DNA from: a virus
Lineage: Duplodnaviria; Heunggongvirae; Uroviricota; Caudoviricetes
Length of the DNA stretch: 64,000 bases
IMG/VR virus record: IMGVR_UViG_3300001336_000001
Coordinates: 106,836-170,835 of that record
Reading direction: 5' to 3' (one strand)
Shown here: in pieces, positions 35,849 to 47,363 of the stretch
How positions within the stretch are numbered: the first letter of the stretch is position 1
Layout: every line of letters starts with the position of its first letter
Position numbers and translations under genes: made by a program
Notes under the pieces: model-generated
What the model was told of the DNA's origin: nothing
Database searches by the model: none
What the model saw: the letters and a program-made list of their open reading frames with translations, nothing else

Positions 35849-37594
35849 TTAAAAGAATTTAGGTGTTATTATGTTAGGATTTTCCGTTAGATTTATAAGA
35901 TAACTTGTTGCAATACTATTATCATAACTTCTATTAGTTGCTACATTATTTAAACCAATAGTTGGTATTGTGGTATTAACGTTTAAAAAAGTTCCTACGT
36001 CACTAATTGTATTTACTCGAATTTGAGCATCATTATTACCACTAATAATAGTTAATATATCCCCAATACTGTACCCCGTACCACCATCAGATATTGTAGT
36101 ACCTGTTACTACACCATTTATGTCGGCTTCAATATCAATTAATAAACCATTACCTGTACCACCAGTTACAGTAACATTATCATCTGTTGTGTACCCCGTA
36201 CCACCATTAGTAAGATTTATAGTCCAAACCTCCCCAATAGGCGGGGTAAACCCTTCCGCAGTAAAGTTTGTTAAATACAATTTAGCATTACTGTTATTAA
36301 TATTAATTAAATCACCATAAAATGCAGAATAATATAAAGTATTGTTGACAAAAACCTCAGAATTATCTCCTATACTAAAAGGTGGTGCGAATGTGTCCGT
36401 TTCTCTTAAAATAACACTATTATTTATCATTAGTTTATTTGACCCACCGCTTGAGATGCAAGTTCCATTAGCACTAATATTACCATTTAAAACCATTTTT
36501 CCAGCACCATTTGATAACACAACTCCTGATATTGAATTACTAACAATATCACCGTTTACTTTAAGGGTGGTGTTTGGTGATTCCCAAAATCTAACAACTG
36601 AACTAATACCACCATAATTAATAATATCTGTACACACAAGGTTACCATTTATCACAACTTCACCAGTGCTTAATGGACTATCTAAATAGATGACTTGTTT
36701 AAAGTTACCACCATAAATATTACCAGAAATTAAAAATATATTAGGACAATTAATTGTAGTTTTTCCATTATAAAATCTAAACCTAAGTGTTTGGTGGATA
36801 GACTCTATTTTTTCTGATATATTTAACATCACATTCGCCTCACGTCTAATAGTTATACCAAAACCATAACCAAGTGTGTTAGTGGAAATACTATTCCCTT
36901 TAATTCTAATATTATTATTAGTACTTGTAATATCAATAAAAATAGCAGCGGCGTTTGAGATAATTGAATCAAATTCAAAATAAATAAATGAACCCCCGTT
37001 TATGGTAAAAGGTACTGTACTACCAATAGAATTAATTTTTAATTTACCATAAATATTTGAATTTACTGATACATTGTTATCAGTAATTCGAACTATACCT
37101 GTAAACACAACACCTGGTTCACAATACACGTCAACATTATTTTGTAAAAATAAAACTGGGTCAACGTAATTACCTCGCCTAATATAAACTAAAGCTCTAT
37201 TATCTGATGATAAACCAGATAAAGCAGTTGCCAACGATACCCCTTGAGCAACAGTTGAGGCTGGTTTAGTAAAGTCGTTTATTTCGGCTGTCGCATCACT
37301 ACCGTTAACAACATCCACAAAAACCACATTTGCATAATTAACATTAGTTTCTAATCCGCTTAAATCAACTGAAAAAGGTGTAAATAATGATGTACCGCTA
37401 AAATCTATAGATTCTGTTAATGTGTTGTAAACCCCTTCTGTTACACGTGGACTCAATGATAATATTTGAGCTAAATTAGTTTTATATGATGACCCACTTG
37501 GGTTTTGTGTTGTATCATCAGTGTTAACAACATGTATGACACTATTATTTAGTGTTACACCAGTTGCTTGAGTTCTATCTGTTAATTTTCCCAT
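35849..37594 (-). CDS. Tail spike/receptor-binding protein candidate with beta-helix (pectin lyase-like) body
   Basis: VVFVDVVNGSDAT...FTKPASTVAQGV and VYIRRGNY beta-helix start; Asn/Ile/Ser-rich repeats; GGTGYT/GGTGYS repeat pair. Confidence 0.6.
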   Translation of the reverse strand: MGKLTDRTQATGVTLNNSVIHVVNTDDTTQNPSGSSYKTNLAQILSLSPRVTEGVYNTLTESIDFSGTSLFTPFSVDLSGLETNVNYANVVFVDVVNGSDATAEINDFTKPASTVAQGVSLATALSGLSSDNRALVYIRRGNYVDPVLFLQNNVDVYCEPGVVFTGIVRITDNNVSVNSNIYGKLKINSIGSTVPFTINGGSFIYFEFDSIISNAAAIFIDITSTNNNIRIKGNSISTNTLGYGFGITIRREANVMLNISEKIESIHQTLRFRFYNGKTTINCPNIFLISGNIYGGNFKQVIYLDSPLSTGEVVINGNLVCTDIINYGGISSVVRFWESPNTTLKVNGDIVSNSISGVVLSNGAGKMVLNGNISANGTCISSGGSNKLMINNSVILRETDTFAPPFSIGDNSEVFVNNTLYYSAFYGDLININNSNAKLYLTNFTAEGFTPPIGEVWTINLTNGGTGYTTDDNVTVTGGTGNGLLIDIEADINGVVTGTTISDGGTGYSIGDILTIISGNNDAQIRVNTISDVGTFLNVNTTIPTIGLNNVATNRSYDNSIATSYLINLTENPNIITPKFF

Positions 37595-37606
37595 TTATAT
37601 TATAAT

Positions 37607-39784
37607 TTAATTATCTTCGAAATAAAATGGTTCACCATCTTCAAATGTAAAACATTCATTATCTTCGAACAATTTATACTCACATGTTGTTATGTCTAAT
37701 GTTAAATCTAATTTAAATGAAGAGTTTAAATAATTTAGACTATCACAATCATATATATTAGTAAATATACCCTCATCACCATTTATTGTAAATAATAACC
37801 CCAATTCATTAGATATATTTATTAATTCGTTAGTATACCCAGATAATGGGGGTGTTGGATTTTCAGTTTCACCACTATAAAATATGTTATTATATACCAT
37901 ATCATTATCGATGAAGACATTAACACCCCACATAACGTTTATCTCACAAGTGGTAAAACCTGATGGTATTTGTGAATTTAAAATACCATCAAAATCAATA
38001 TTTAGACTTTGTGATATACTCGTTGAACCAGTTGTACATTCTAAAGCACAATCGTTTTCAAGTAAGTAATTGAACACATCATTTTCTATGGCTCTTGCTG
38101 GGTCAACATTTAAGTCAATTTCTTTAGTGTTTATAACTAATTTATGGTGGTTAACACTATACGATGTGTCTCTTAAATCAAATATAAATTGACGATTTTC
38201 AAATTCTTCTATTGATACCCAAGATTTTTTATTATCAACTATTTTTGTTAAATCAAATTTTGGTTTGTTGGTAATCTTAGTTAATGTTGTTGTTGTTGTG
38301 TCACAATTTTTTATTATACTAACATTATCAAGTAGGATACCGAAATCAAAACAACAATTATTTATTTTTAAACTTATTCTAATTTTCCTATTAGCAATTT
38401 GTTCTATAATTTCTTGATTTGCTATTAACGTATTAAAATTTAACCACGATGAATTGTACCAACCACCCATAAGTGTTAATAACTCTTCATTTTCTAATGA
38501 ATTTTCGGGTTCACCAAATTCTGGTAAATATTGTGTTAAATATAATTCTTTAATAAATGCGTCACGATATGATTTACAAATTTCATTAAAATCACAATCA
38601 TCACTTATAAATTCTGGTAGTGTTTGACCATCAGATGATATTTGTATACCAGTATTACCTAAAGAATCAACTATATACTGCATTAAGTTGTCCTCACCGA
38701 TATTAAAAAATTCTTCTTCGTATATCGTCTCATATAATGATGGTGTTTCAGTTTCAGCATCTAATGTTAATGTAACCCCAAACCTTTCTATATTTTTTAT
38801 TGGGTCCTCACATAATACACTATCTAATTCTTCTAATTGTGATTCTAAATCAGCAATCTCTTCCTCTAACTCTTCAATTCTAGATAAACAGTCTTCATAT
38901 TCTTTACAAGCATTTATTTTATTTTCATATGCTAATTGTTTATCACATAAACCATTGTCAGTTTCTAAAAAATATGGGTTTATATTAGTACCAGAAGTCA
39001 ATGCCAACTCCATTCCCTCATTATATAGTTCTAAAACTTGTTTGTTGGTGTATATTGTTGTATCACACCCATTTTTTTCTAACCATAAATCATATTTAAT
39101 ATCACCAAGTATTGACTCCCACCTTTCTAACCCAACTTCAGTTAAACAACAAATAGTCTTATAATTTGATGGTAGTTTATCAACACTATCAACACTTAAT
39201 GTTTTAGCTTCTTGGTATTCAATATAAGAATCTATAATGTTAAATGTGCTAATTTCTATCGGATAACACATGTTTTCATATATTTCTGTATATTCCTCAC
39301 ATAAACCACTCAATGAACTGCAATCAATTGATTCTAATTCTTCTGTTAACTCATTTATTTGGTCTATTATTGTTTGTGCTTCAATATTTATAGTTTCAGA
39401 ACCGTTTAATACTGAACAATCAAATTTGAATATGTAATCAAATGAAATATCTAATGAACAAATTTGATTTAGATTATCCTCATCAACATTAAATACAACA
39501 CCATCATTATTTTCTGGGTTTATTACAATTTTTTTCTCACAAGTATCACAACGAACTGGTTCGGTCCATAAACATTTTTGATTTTCTATGTCAAAAATGT
39601 AACCAAGAAACTCACAACAAGTTTTAGTATTAATATCAGTATATGGGGTTAACGTTTCACCATCATTAACCCAAACTGATACTGTACCATCATTTAATTG
39701 TTGTATTTGACCACCACCATCTATTATCGTGTTTGCGTCTAAACATGGATTATTTATTGATGGTTGACATTTTTGTGATATCAT
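37607..39784 (-). CDS. Cys-rich acidic putative virion protein
   Basis: 725 aa; many CC/CxxC pairs and a central coiled coil; TATTTATA at 39798-39805. Confidence 0.55.
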   Translation of the reverse strand: MISQKCQPSINNPCLDANTIIDGGGQIQQLNDGTVSVWVNDGETLTPYTDINTKTCCEFLGYIFDIENQKCLWTEPVRCDTCEKKIVINPENNDGVVFNVDEDNLNQICSLDISFDYIFKFDCSVLNGSETINIEAQTIIDQINELTEELESIDCSSLSGLCEEYTEIYENMCYPIEISTFNIIDSYIEYQEAKTLSVDSVDKLPSNYKTICCLTEVGLERWESILGDIKYDLWLEKNGCDTTIYTNKQVLELYNEGMELALTSGTNINPYFLETDNGLCDKQLAYENKINACKEYEDCLSRIEELEEEIADLESQLEELDSVLCEDPIKNIERFGVTLTLDAETETPSLYETIYEEEFFNIGEDNLMQYIVDSLGNTGIQISSDGQTLPEFISDDCDFNEICKSYRDAFIKELYLTQYLPEFGEPENSLENEELLTLMGGWYNSSWLNFNTLIANQEIIEQIANRKIRISLKINNCCFDFGILLDNVSIIKNCDTTTTTLTKITNKPKFDLTKIVDNKKSWVSIEEFENRQFIFDLRDTSYSVNHHKLVINTKEIDLNVDPARAIENDVFNYLLENDCALECTTGSTSISQSLNIDFDGILNSQIPSGFTTCEINVMWGVNVFIDNDMVYNNIFYSGETENPTPPLSGYTNELINISNELGLLFTINGDEGIFTNIYDCDSLNYLNSSFKLDLTLDITTCEYKLFEDNECFTFEDGEPFYFEDN

Positions 39785-39835
39785 AAGTTATTTTATTTAT
39801 AAATATTATATGTTAAAAATTTTAATATAAAAATG

Positions 39836-42800
39836 TTAACCATAAGCAAATTCCTCAAACGTTGCTTGTGTTCTGCACCCCGAAGAATCACTGACAGTTA
39901 CCCTTATTACAATTTTATTAATTGAATCACCATCACTAGATGGACCAGAAACATCTTTACATATTATTGGTGTGGGTGATGTGGCATCATTAATTAAGTA
40001 ATTGTAAAATATACCAGTTTGTTCTAATATTTCCCAAAAATAAATATATGGTCCTGAACTGTTTTGTATATTTAAGGGGGTCATTTGGTAACAATTATTT
40101 TCTTTTATAGTATATGGTGTATCTTTAAATGAAACACTAATTAAACATCCTTTAGGTGTTATTTCTGAATTACACGGTATTTCACCTATTGATTTTTTGT
40201 AGAATAGTTGATACAAGTCACTATTTATCGTACCATTAGTTTCATTAACACCATCATTAACTAGTTGGGTATTACCCAGTTTAGTTATTCGACACCCGTA
40301 ACCTTCTTTATTTGTGTATGGGTCCAATACTTTAACTGGTCTTGTATATTCTAAAGGACAAAAACACGAATCTGATTCACTTGTTATTCTATATTCTGGT
40401 TCACCGATTTCACCCCAGTTGTTTTTGGGAGTTACAAATTTTAAATAAACAAAATCACCAATTATTTCCATATCACCAAGTCTAGGGCCAGCTAATCGCC
40501 ATTTACATGATGTGTAACAACCACACCCACTTTTACCTGGGTCATTGTACAGTAGTTTGGTGTCAGAATATTCAATACCAATTAATTGTGGTGGTTTACA
40601 ACAAACATAACCTGAATTTTTAAAAATAGCATCACCAGTTGCTTCCGATATTTGATATTCTTCATGGTAATAAGATTCACCGTTAACTAATATTTTACAA
40701 CAGTCTGGGGATATAAATGTTGATTGGTTAACAACACTGCTAGTTGTACCATCAATATTGTACATCAAATAATTCCAAAGATATACTTGTGGTTTATCAT
40801 TAAATTCACTATTTTCACTATTCACAAAAGTATAACCACTTAAATTAATATCACAATCTTTAACCCTATCATCCCTAATCACATTAATATGTATAGCTAA
40901 ATCATCGGTTGGTATCTCACAACCACATTCTGTTAAATCATTTTCTGGAAATGGGTCTTGTACAATTTCAGCTTCATATACAAAACAATCGTCTAATGAC
41001 ACACCATTTATCGTTTCAACACCTATAAACGTATCACCACTATAACTATCCACAATACCATTATTGTAATTAGTAAATAGCTGTTCGGATTTTGTTGTAG
41101 TCGTTTCATTGGTTATTACTCTAGGTTCAAAATCTGGTATTAAATTTCTAAAATTATTTATATATTCAGCACCACCATCATATGGTCCAATATGTGGGTT
41201 ATTACCTTCAGATGTTAACACTGAGGCATTTTGACCACCAGTTTCTCTATACCATAAACCACCCTTTTGGAAATACATAGATGGATTGTCTGGTTTTGTT
41301 GTTGGAAAACCATCAAAATCAAAATAATAATCATCAATGTTATTGCTTAGGTCTAATTCAGTAACCAAATCAAAAAAGTCATCAGTGTTAATTTTGTTTT
41401 TAGCAACATAGACATGTTCATTAAGATTTATCAATTCATTTGGTGCCCCAATAAATCTAAATAAAAATTCAACTGCTTTTCTAGTGCCTTTAGATTTCCA
41501 TAACCAAGCTGAATTTAATATTAACCTTCGCCATAATTCAATTTCTGCCTCATATGGGGTCAACCCTCTACTCTGTCCACTATAAGTGGATTCTGAGGTA
41601 TCTAAATATGATTTAATTAAGTCGTTTTCTAAAATTGAACTCGTTAATTCCCAACCTAGAACCCTAGCTAAATATTTTAGTACTTGGTCTGGGGTATTAT
41701 TTTTTCTATCGTAGGTAACTGTGTTTGCAAATGATATACCATCTATATATTTTTTAATTTCATCGAAATTTCTACCATATATTTTAAGGGTTTTATTCAT
41801 TTTTTGACCAGCCGTTTCTTCTTCGAAAACATCGTCACATCTAGGTACAGTATCAAAGTTAGATATCGCTTCAGCTGTTAAAAACCTAACCATTAGGTTA
41901 GACTTTGTTTCATCTTTACTATTAGTTACTGATAATAGTTCAGTGATAAATGAAATATATTCATTTGTATTAAAGTCAATATTGTAACCATCCGTTGTTG
42001 GCCAAGTTAGTTTTTTTTCAGTTTCATATAAAATACCAGTGCTTGTTGTTACACTATATTTAAATGTTGATGTATATTTTGGTGTTGTTAACCTATTTAA
42101 TAAATTATTTTCGAATGGTTCTAATGTTGTAAAAAACTTTTCAATTTCAACACTATTTGGTTTTATATGTAGTGTTCTAAATAAATCTTGTGATGTTGCG
42201 TTTGGAAATATTTCACCATTTACTGTTACAATTATAAAACTATCACGTAATGTTTCTGATGGTGTTAGTTCTATAATACCAAATTCATTTTCATTATATA
42301 ATATATTGTAACTTTTATAGTTTGTTGTTAAATTTCTAATTTCATTCGAAAAGTTTGATAATAAAACCCCAGATGAATCATAGATTATATCATAGTTGTT
42401 TATAAAACCATTTGTTAAGATTTTAAACGTTGATGTGTTGGTTATTGGACTATAAGTGTAATCTTGGATGTTTAATAATTGTGACCCAGTTTCGGTGTCA
42501 ATAGGTCTACAGTATATGGATGCTGGCCATTTGCTAATTATTGATTCTAACGAAACTCTTATGAATTCAGTTGCTGACCCAAAATAAGCAAAATTACATA
42601 AGTCACTATTATCAGTGTTTAATGTGATTTTTTGTTGTGTGATAATACCATACTGAGTTTGATTACCATTGATACTAGTTGAATTATTGTCTAATGAAAA
42701 GGAATCATTATCAATTATGTCATTTAATGTGTAAAATGGTGAAAATGGTCTTTCTGGAAATACAAATACGGGTCTAGGTTCTGTGTTTGTTGTGATAACG

Positions 42801-42955
42801 AAATTACCAAATGTAAACAATGATGAGTTACCGTCATCACCAACTGTAAGTTGGTTTCCAACCAAATCTGGTGAAAAATTTCTATACTCAATATTATCAT
42901 TGAAGAAAACCCTTTTTGCGTATCCAGGTACTGCAATGTTATCCCTTTTTGCCAT
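39836..42955 (-). CDS. Baseplate wedge protein (P2 gpI/T4 gp7-like segment) with Cys-rich C-terminal half
   Basis: VLKYLARVLGWEL and WKSKGTRKAVEFLFRFIG patterns. Confidence 0.6.
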   Translation of the reverse strand: MAKRDNIAVPGYAKRVFFNDNIEYRNFSPDLVGNQLTVGDDGNSSLFTFGNFVITTNTEPRPVFVFPERPFSPFYTLNDIIDNDSFSLDNNSTSINGNQTQYGIITQQKITLNTDNSDLCNFAYFGSATEFIRVSLESIISKWPASIYCRPIDTETGSQLLNIQDYTYSPITNTSTFKILTNGFINNYDIIYDSSGVLLSNFSNEIRNLTTNYKSYNILYNENEFGIIELTPSETLRDSFIIVTVNGEIFPNATSQDLFRTLHIKPNSVEIEKFFTTLEPFENNLLNRLTTPKYTSTFKYSVTTSTGILYETEKKLTWPTTDGYNIDFNTNEYISFITELLSVTNSKDETKSNLMVRFLTAEAISNFDTVPRCDDVFEEETAGQKMNKTLKIYGRNFDEIKKYIDGISFANTVTYDRKNNTPDQVLKYLARVLGWELTSSILENDLIKSYLDTSESTYSGQSRGLTPYEAEIELWRRLILNSAWLWKSKGTRKAVEFLFRFIGAPNELINLNEHVYVAKNKINTDDFFDLVTELDLSNNIDDYYFDFDGFPTTKPDNPSMYFQKGGLWYRETGGQNASVLTSEGNNPHIGPYDGGAEYINNFRNLIPDFEPRVITNETTTTKSEQLFTNYNNGIVDSYSGDTFIGVETINGVSLDDCFVYEAEIVQDPFPENDLTECGCEIPTDDLAIHINVIRDDRVKDCDINLSGYTFVNSENSEFNDKPQVYLWNYLMYNIDGTTSSVVNQSTFISPDCCKILVNGESYYHEEYQISEATGDAIFKNSGYVCCKPPQLIGIEYSDTKLLYNDPGKSGCGCYTSCKWRLAGPRLGDMEIIGDFVYLKFVTPKNNWGEIGEPEYRITSESDSCFCPLEYTRPVKVLDPYTNKEGYGCRITKLGNTQLVNDGVNETNGTINSDLYQLFYKKSIGEIPCNSEITPKGCLISVSFKDTPYTIKENNCYQMTPLNIQNSSGPYIYFWEILEQTGIFYNYLINDATSPTPIICKDVSGPSSDGDSINKIVIRVTVSDSSGCRTQATFEEFAYG

Positions 42956-42960
42956 TATAC

Positions 42961-43872
42961 TTATATGTTGCTTATGTCATTAAAATCTTTATTAAAGTCG
43001 ATGTTTTCTCTTTCTTCTTTAACCTCAAATAATGGTTTACCAGTAAACCTATCTTTAATTTCAAATAGGTTGTATTGTTTATAGATATCATTATTAAAGT
43101 TGTATATAGTGTATATACCATCATCAAGTGATTTAGTTTGATTACCAAATAAGGCGATAGCCAACGTTTCAATATCATGGTCTACAATTTCAACCTCTAA
43201 AACTACTGGGTTAAAGTATGTGTTAGTTATTATAATCTCTTGGTTGGGTTGACCAATGTAAGGGAAAACGTTAGGTGTTACGTTTGATTCAGAACTAGGT
43301 GATAATGTACAAAAAACTAAAGTAGAATTATCATTAAATCTATATCGTATCGATTTTTGATTACTATTACTTAGATTTTGATTAACTGGTTCGGCTCTAT
43401 TGTTTGAAGTTATAACCCTAAATAAATTTCTTAGTTTGGCATCAGATGATGCTGGGTTTGGTGATAAATATTCAATTCGATACCCAACCAAACCATTATT
43501 TTCAAATTTATCTATAAAATCAGAAATATTTGGGTCCGAACCATCTAGAATTATACCTTTAATATCTGGTGAAGAAGATAGTACACCACAGTCTACAATT
43601 TTAGTTCTTATTTCAACTGGTTTAATAACTATTGTGTAAATACCCCTAGCTGAAAATTCATTAATTGGTAATTTCAATGTGTATAACCCACCAAATAATT
43701 CAAAACCCGAAACAGTACTGTTGGGGTTTTCATTTTGTATTAAATTACTTGAGTCTAACGTGAAAACTCTAGTGTTACTAACACTTCTATCTTGTGCGTA
43801 AAAGACAGTTATTTGAACGTCACTAGGTGCAACGTCAGCTGGTCTAACAATACCATATACTCCAGTACTCAT
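42961..43872 (-). CDS. Putative virion structural protein
   Basis: 303-aa ORF within tail operon. Confidence 0.5.
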   Translation of the reverse strand: MSTGVYGIVRPADVAPSDVQITVFYAQDRSVSNTRVFTLDSSNLIQNENPNSTVSGFELFGGLYTLKLPINEFSARGIYTIVIKPVEIRTKIVDCGVLSSSPDIKGIILDGSDPNISDFIDKFENNGLVGYRIEYLSPNPASSDAKLRNLFRVITSNNRAEPVNQNLSNSNQKSIRYRFNDNSTLVFCTLSPSSESNVTPNVFPYIGQPNQEIIITNTYFNPVVLEVEIVDHDIETLAIALFGNQTKSLDDGIYTIYNFNNDIYKQYNLFEIKDRFTGKPLFEVKEERENIDFNKDFNDISNI

Positions 43873-43885
43873 TTATTTTCTTTTT

Positions 43886-44761
43886 TTATCTTATAATATT
43901 ATAATAACCATTACCGTAATTAACCAATTGCTCAAGAGATGAAATTTCACCCATTTGCAAATGGTTTTGTAATACATTGGTTATACCTCTATCAATAAAT
44001 ATGTCACTATCAACTTTTGGTGATTCAGTTATATGTAATAAATATTCTTCAATTGTCAATGCAGATAGTGAGCTATTTGTATTGTTTAAACTTTGGCCTT
44101 GATACGTGATTTCGGTTATTGGTATAACACCTGTACCTAATTCTGGGTCGTTAACATCCCTACTTTCACCAGTGTATGTTTTAAGTAAGAAGCCATCTGA
44201 CTGTAATAAAGTACCAATATTAGGGTCGTTAATGTTTGCATCTTCAACATATATTACTGGGTTAAAGTTATTTAAATTGGTTATTTCAGTTGTTGAATTA
44301 ATAAGTTGACCTAAATAGTTAGTGTATTGTTCTTTATTATTATTAAAGTTTGATACATACTTGTTGTTATCATTATACCCATAACTACTAACCAATTCTA
44401 ACCTATCTTCAGTTAACCCAGTTACTATTATACCATTAGTATGGTAATCATCTAAAATTTTTTTCCTATACCTAATATCTTTAGTATTTTTAATTGAATC
44501 AAAATTACTAGATGGGTTTGATATAAAATTAAAATTACCATTGTTGTTAATAACTTTTTGTTTTAATGGTTCGTAACTCAATAGTTGGTGTTGTTTATCA
44601 TATTCAATATAATCTATGATGTTAAACATACCCATATCTTTAATATCTTGTGTCAACAATACATTAATATTTATAGTGTTAGCAGTTGTAGCTCCATATG
44701 TTGAACCTCTTTTTCTGCTTATATATTTTTCTAATAATATTTTGTGTTTTATAATATCCAT
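43886..44761 (-). CDS. Putative virion structural protein
   Basis: 291-aa ORF within tail operon. Confidence 0.5.
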   Translation of the reverse strand: MDIIKHKILLEKYISRKRGSTYGATTANTININVLLTQDIKDMGMFNIIDYIEYDKQHQLLSYEPLKQKVINNNGNFNFISNPSSNFDSIKNTKDIRYRKKILDDYHTNGIIVTGLTEDRLELVSSYGYNDNNKYVSNFNNNKEQYTNYLGQLINSTTEITNLNNFNPVIYVEDANINDPNIGTLLQSDGFLLKTYTGESRDVNDPELGTGVIPITEITYQGQSLNNTNSSLSALTIEEYLLHITESPKVDSDIFIDRGITNVLQNHLQMGEISSLEQLVNYGNGYYNIIR

Positions 44762-45603
44762 TATACAGCTGATATTTGGTAAAGATTTATTATATAATTA
44801 TCATTTAAAATATTAACATTTGTTGAATAATTTTGGTCTATCTCATAATAATAACCATCATCATTTTTAATTAAAATATATTTTGTGTAAACATTATTAG
44901 ATGTGTTTGTACCAGCTGTTGATTTAATCAATGTGTCAATTGTATTATTAGGTACATTTGTTGACATTAACCTAGTTGTAACACCAGTTCTAGCATTATT
45001 AAAATCACCTCTCATAAAAATTTCTTTAGGTAAATTTTCTAATATTTCATCTTTAAAGTGATATATAAAAAACCCTTCACCACTTTCTAGACTATTAATT
45101 AATGAGTTACCAACTGTAAATGATGTTGCTAACATATTGGCTGGTGTTGTATCATTTAAATTACTATTAAATAACCTATTTAAGTCTGGATAAATTGTTG
45201 AAAATGATAGTAATCTTTGTGATGTTTGTATGTCCGAATCATAAAAACTGAGTCTAAGAAATGATTGGGTAAATGCCTTTTTTCTAAACTTTATATCAGT
45301 ATTATTAAACCCTATTTCACTATAGAATGATGTAGGGTTATATTGATTTGATTGGTTAAGAAAATGTATATTATAAGTTATATTGAAAACTGGTTGTAAT
45401 AATTGGTTATTCGTTATTGCTGGTATTAACCTTACTTTTTCATAATCAATTATTTCATTTATCTCATTTTCAATTTCTTTTTTAACAAATTTAGTTTCTA
45501 TAATATCAGCTTGGTCAACTAATTGATAACCCATATTTATAGGTAGATTTAACGTTGCCTCACCGTTATTTTTAAAATTATTTATATTTATCTTAACATT
45601 CAT
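44761..45603 (-). CDS. Putative virion structural protein
   Basis: Start moved to MNVKIN at 45603, overlapping the upstream stop. Confidence 0.5.
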   Translation of the reverse strand: MNVKININNFKNNGEATLNLPINMGYQLVDQADIIETKFVKKEIENEINEIIDYEKVRLIPAITNNQLLQPVFNITYNIHFLNQSNQYNPTSFYSEIGFNNTDIKFRKKAFTQSFLRLSFYDSDIQTSQRLLSFSTIYPDLNRLFNSNLNDTTPANMLATSFTVGNSLINSLESGEGFFIYHFKDEILENLPKEIFMRGDFNNARTGVTTRLMSTNVPNNTIDTLIKSTAGTNTSNNVYTKYILIKNDDGYYYEIDQNYSTNVNILNDNYIINLYQISAV

Positions 45604-47359
45604 CACCAGAACTTTTAATTGTAAATGCGTCACTAAGACCATCACCAGATATATCTCTTGGAAATTTTTTAGTGTATAATAAATTAAAATTACCAAATGG
45701 GTCTTGTCGCCTTGTTGTTATACATAGATTTTTATAAATGTAATGACAACCATTTAAAAATGGGTAATCTAGTGTTTCTTCTTGCCCATCATTGAACCCT
45801 AACGATAATAAGTCTCTCCATAAATATCTGTTGTCACCTAAATCTTCAGCATAATCTGGTATACCAGCTGTTGATTCGTCACCTTGTTCGATATAAGCTG
45901 AAAATTCTCTAATTTTTATTAGGTGGTGTGGTTTATATAAATAACCCTCATTTCTAAGACCATCAACACTACTAATACTTATCGGTCTAACTGTTGTTGT
46001 TTCTCTATCCATTGTGTTGAATCTATGGGTCACATCTAGTAAAACTGTTTCTTTAGCTTCATATTTACTGTATTCACATATGTCACCGTAAAATTCACTA
46101 TTATTTATTGTAACATCATTCTCTAGAGGTGTGTGACTTTCAAATTCAGCTAATGGTAATGATGCTGAGTGTATTTTCCTAATATTCGATAAGCTTCGAC
46201 CATCAATAGTATTTGTTATTGTGTTACCAATTGTATTTTTTAAATCAAAACCAGATTTAACTTTAGTAAAAAAATTATCACCATTGGTTTTTAACATCGT
46301 TAAGTATAATTCACTTAATGGTCGACCTAAGTTATCAGTTAAACCATCAACATCAATATCATCATTGAATATTAATTCATATATTTGGTCGCTATATATT
46401 GTTTTAGAAAATGATAATGGGTATGATTCGTAATCATTTACACCTAATTCTTCTTGTGAATTAAACCCCTTTATTTTTTTAAATTTCCGTAAGTAATATT
46501 CAACCTCATAACCAAAATATAATCGTTTCATTCTACCGAATGAAAATTGGCTACCCAATATTGCATTATTCGGGTTTATATTGATAACAAAGTGTGTGTC
46601 ATTATCATCACCATTCTCAAAACCTAAAGCTAAAACTGTGAAATCACCATTCATACTTTGGGTTGGCATATTGGTTAACCTAACTGTGTCACCAACATTT
46701 AAATTATGGGGGGCTGCGGAACCTAATATAACCATTGGTATGCCACCTAAAATTCTTTGTTGTGCGGTTGTAATTAATAAACCACCATTAACTGTATAAT
46801 GTGTATTATCACTATTGTATGGGTAAGTTATAGTAAATTCCCAATTTTTTATTGGTAAATAACTAGACATTTCGAATCTTTCTCGTCTTGGTTCTAAATC
46901 ATAGAATTTACAAATTGAAGATTTAGTAACATCTGGGTCATAAAAACCAAACCACCCATCAATTTCTGTCAAATGTTTTGTTACTGACTGTTCGTAGTTT
47001 ATATTAGGACTACCACCAAAGTCGTTACCTGGTATATTATCAAATTGGTCTGTCTTGAATTTTTCACCATCAAATGTTTCATAACCATAACTAGATGTAT
47101 TATCTATTTGATTTTTTTCACCACTCAAATTAAATAAAACATTACTAAATAATGGACGTAATGTTGTTATAATTCGATACCTTTTTGATTCTTCACGTTC
47201 TTTGTCAAATTGTTCACCTAAATTAACAACCCTATTTATATTACCAGGTGGTAAATTTTTTGATTCAGATTTTAAATTAATATTAAAATAACCATCCCTA
47301 TTTTCTAATTGTGGGGATTGTGACTTTCTTAACTTATATGTTATTCTACCTAAATTCAT
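45593..47359 (-). CDS. Putative baseplate/virion structural protein
   Basis: 588-aa ORF within tail operon. Confidence 0.5.
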   Translation of the reverse strand: MNLGRITYKLRKSQSPQLENRDGYFNINLKSESKNLPPGNINRVVNLGEQFDKEREESKRYRIITTLRPLFSNVLFNLSGEKNQIDNTSSYGYETFDGEKFKTDQFDNIPGNDFGGSPNINYEQSVTKHLTEIDGWFGFYDPDVTKSSICKFYDLEPRRERFEMSSYLPIKNWEFTITYPYNSDNTHYTVNGGLLITTAQQRILGGIPMVILGSAAPHNLNVGDTVRLTNMPTQSMNGDFTVLALGFENGDDNDTHFVININPNNAILGSQFSFGRMKRLYFGYEVEYYLRKFKKIKGFNSQEELGVNDYESYPLSFSKTIYSDQIYELIFNDDIDVDGLTDNLGRPLSELYLTMLKTNGDNFFTKVKSGFDLKNTIGNTITNTIDGRSLSNIRKIHSASLPLAEFESHTPLENDVTINNSEFYGDICEYSKYEAKETVLLDVTHRFNTMDRETTTVRPISISSVDGLRNEGYLYKPHHLIKIREFSAYIEQGDESTAGIPDYAEDLGDNRYLWRDLLSLGFNDGQEETLDYPFLNGCHYIYKNLCITTRRQDPFGNFNLLYTKKFPRDISGDGLSDAFTIKSSGDEC

Positions 47360-47363
47360 TATA

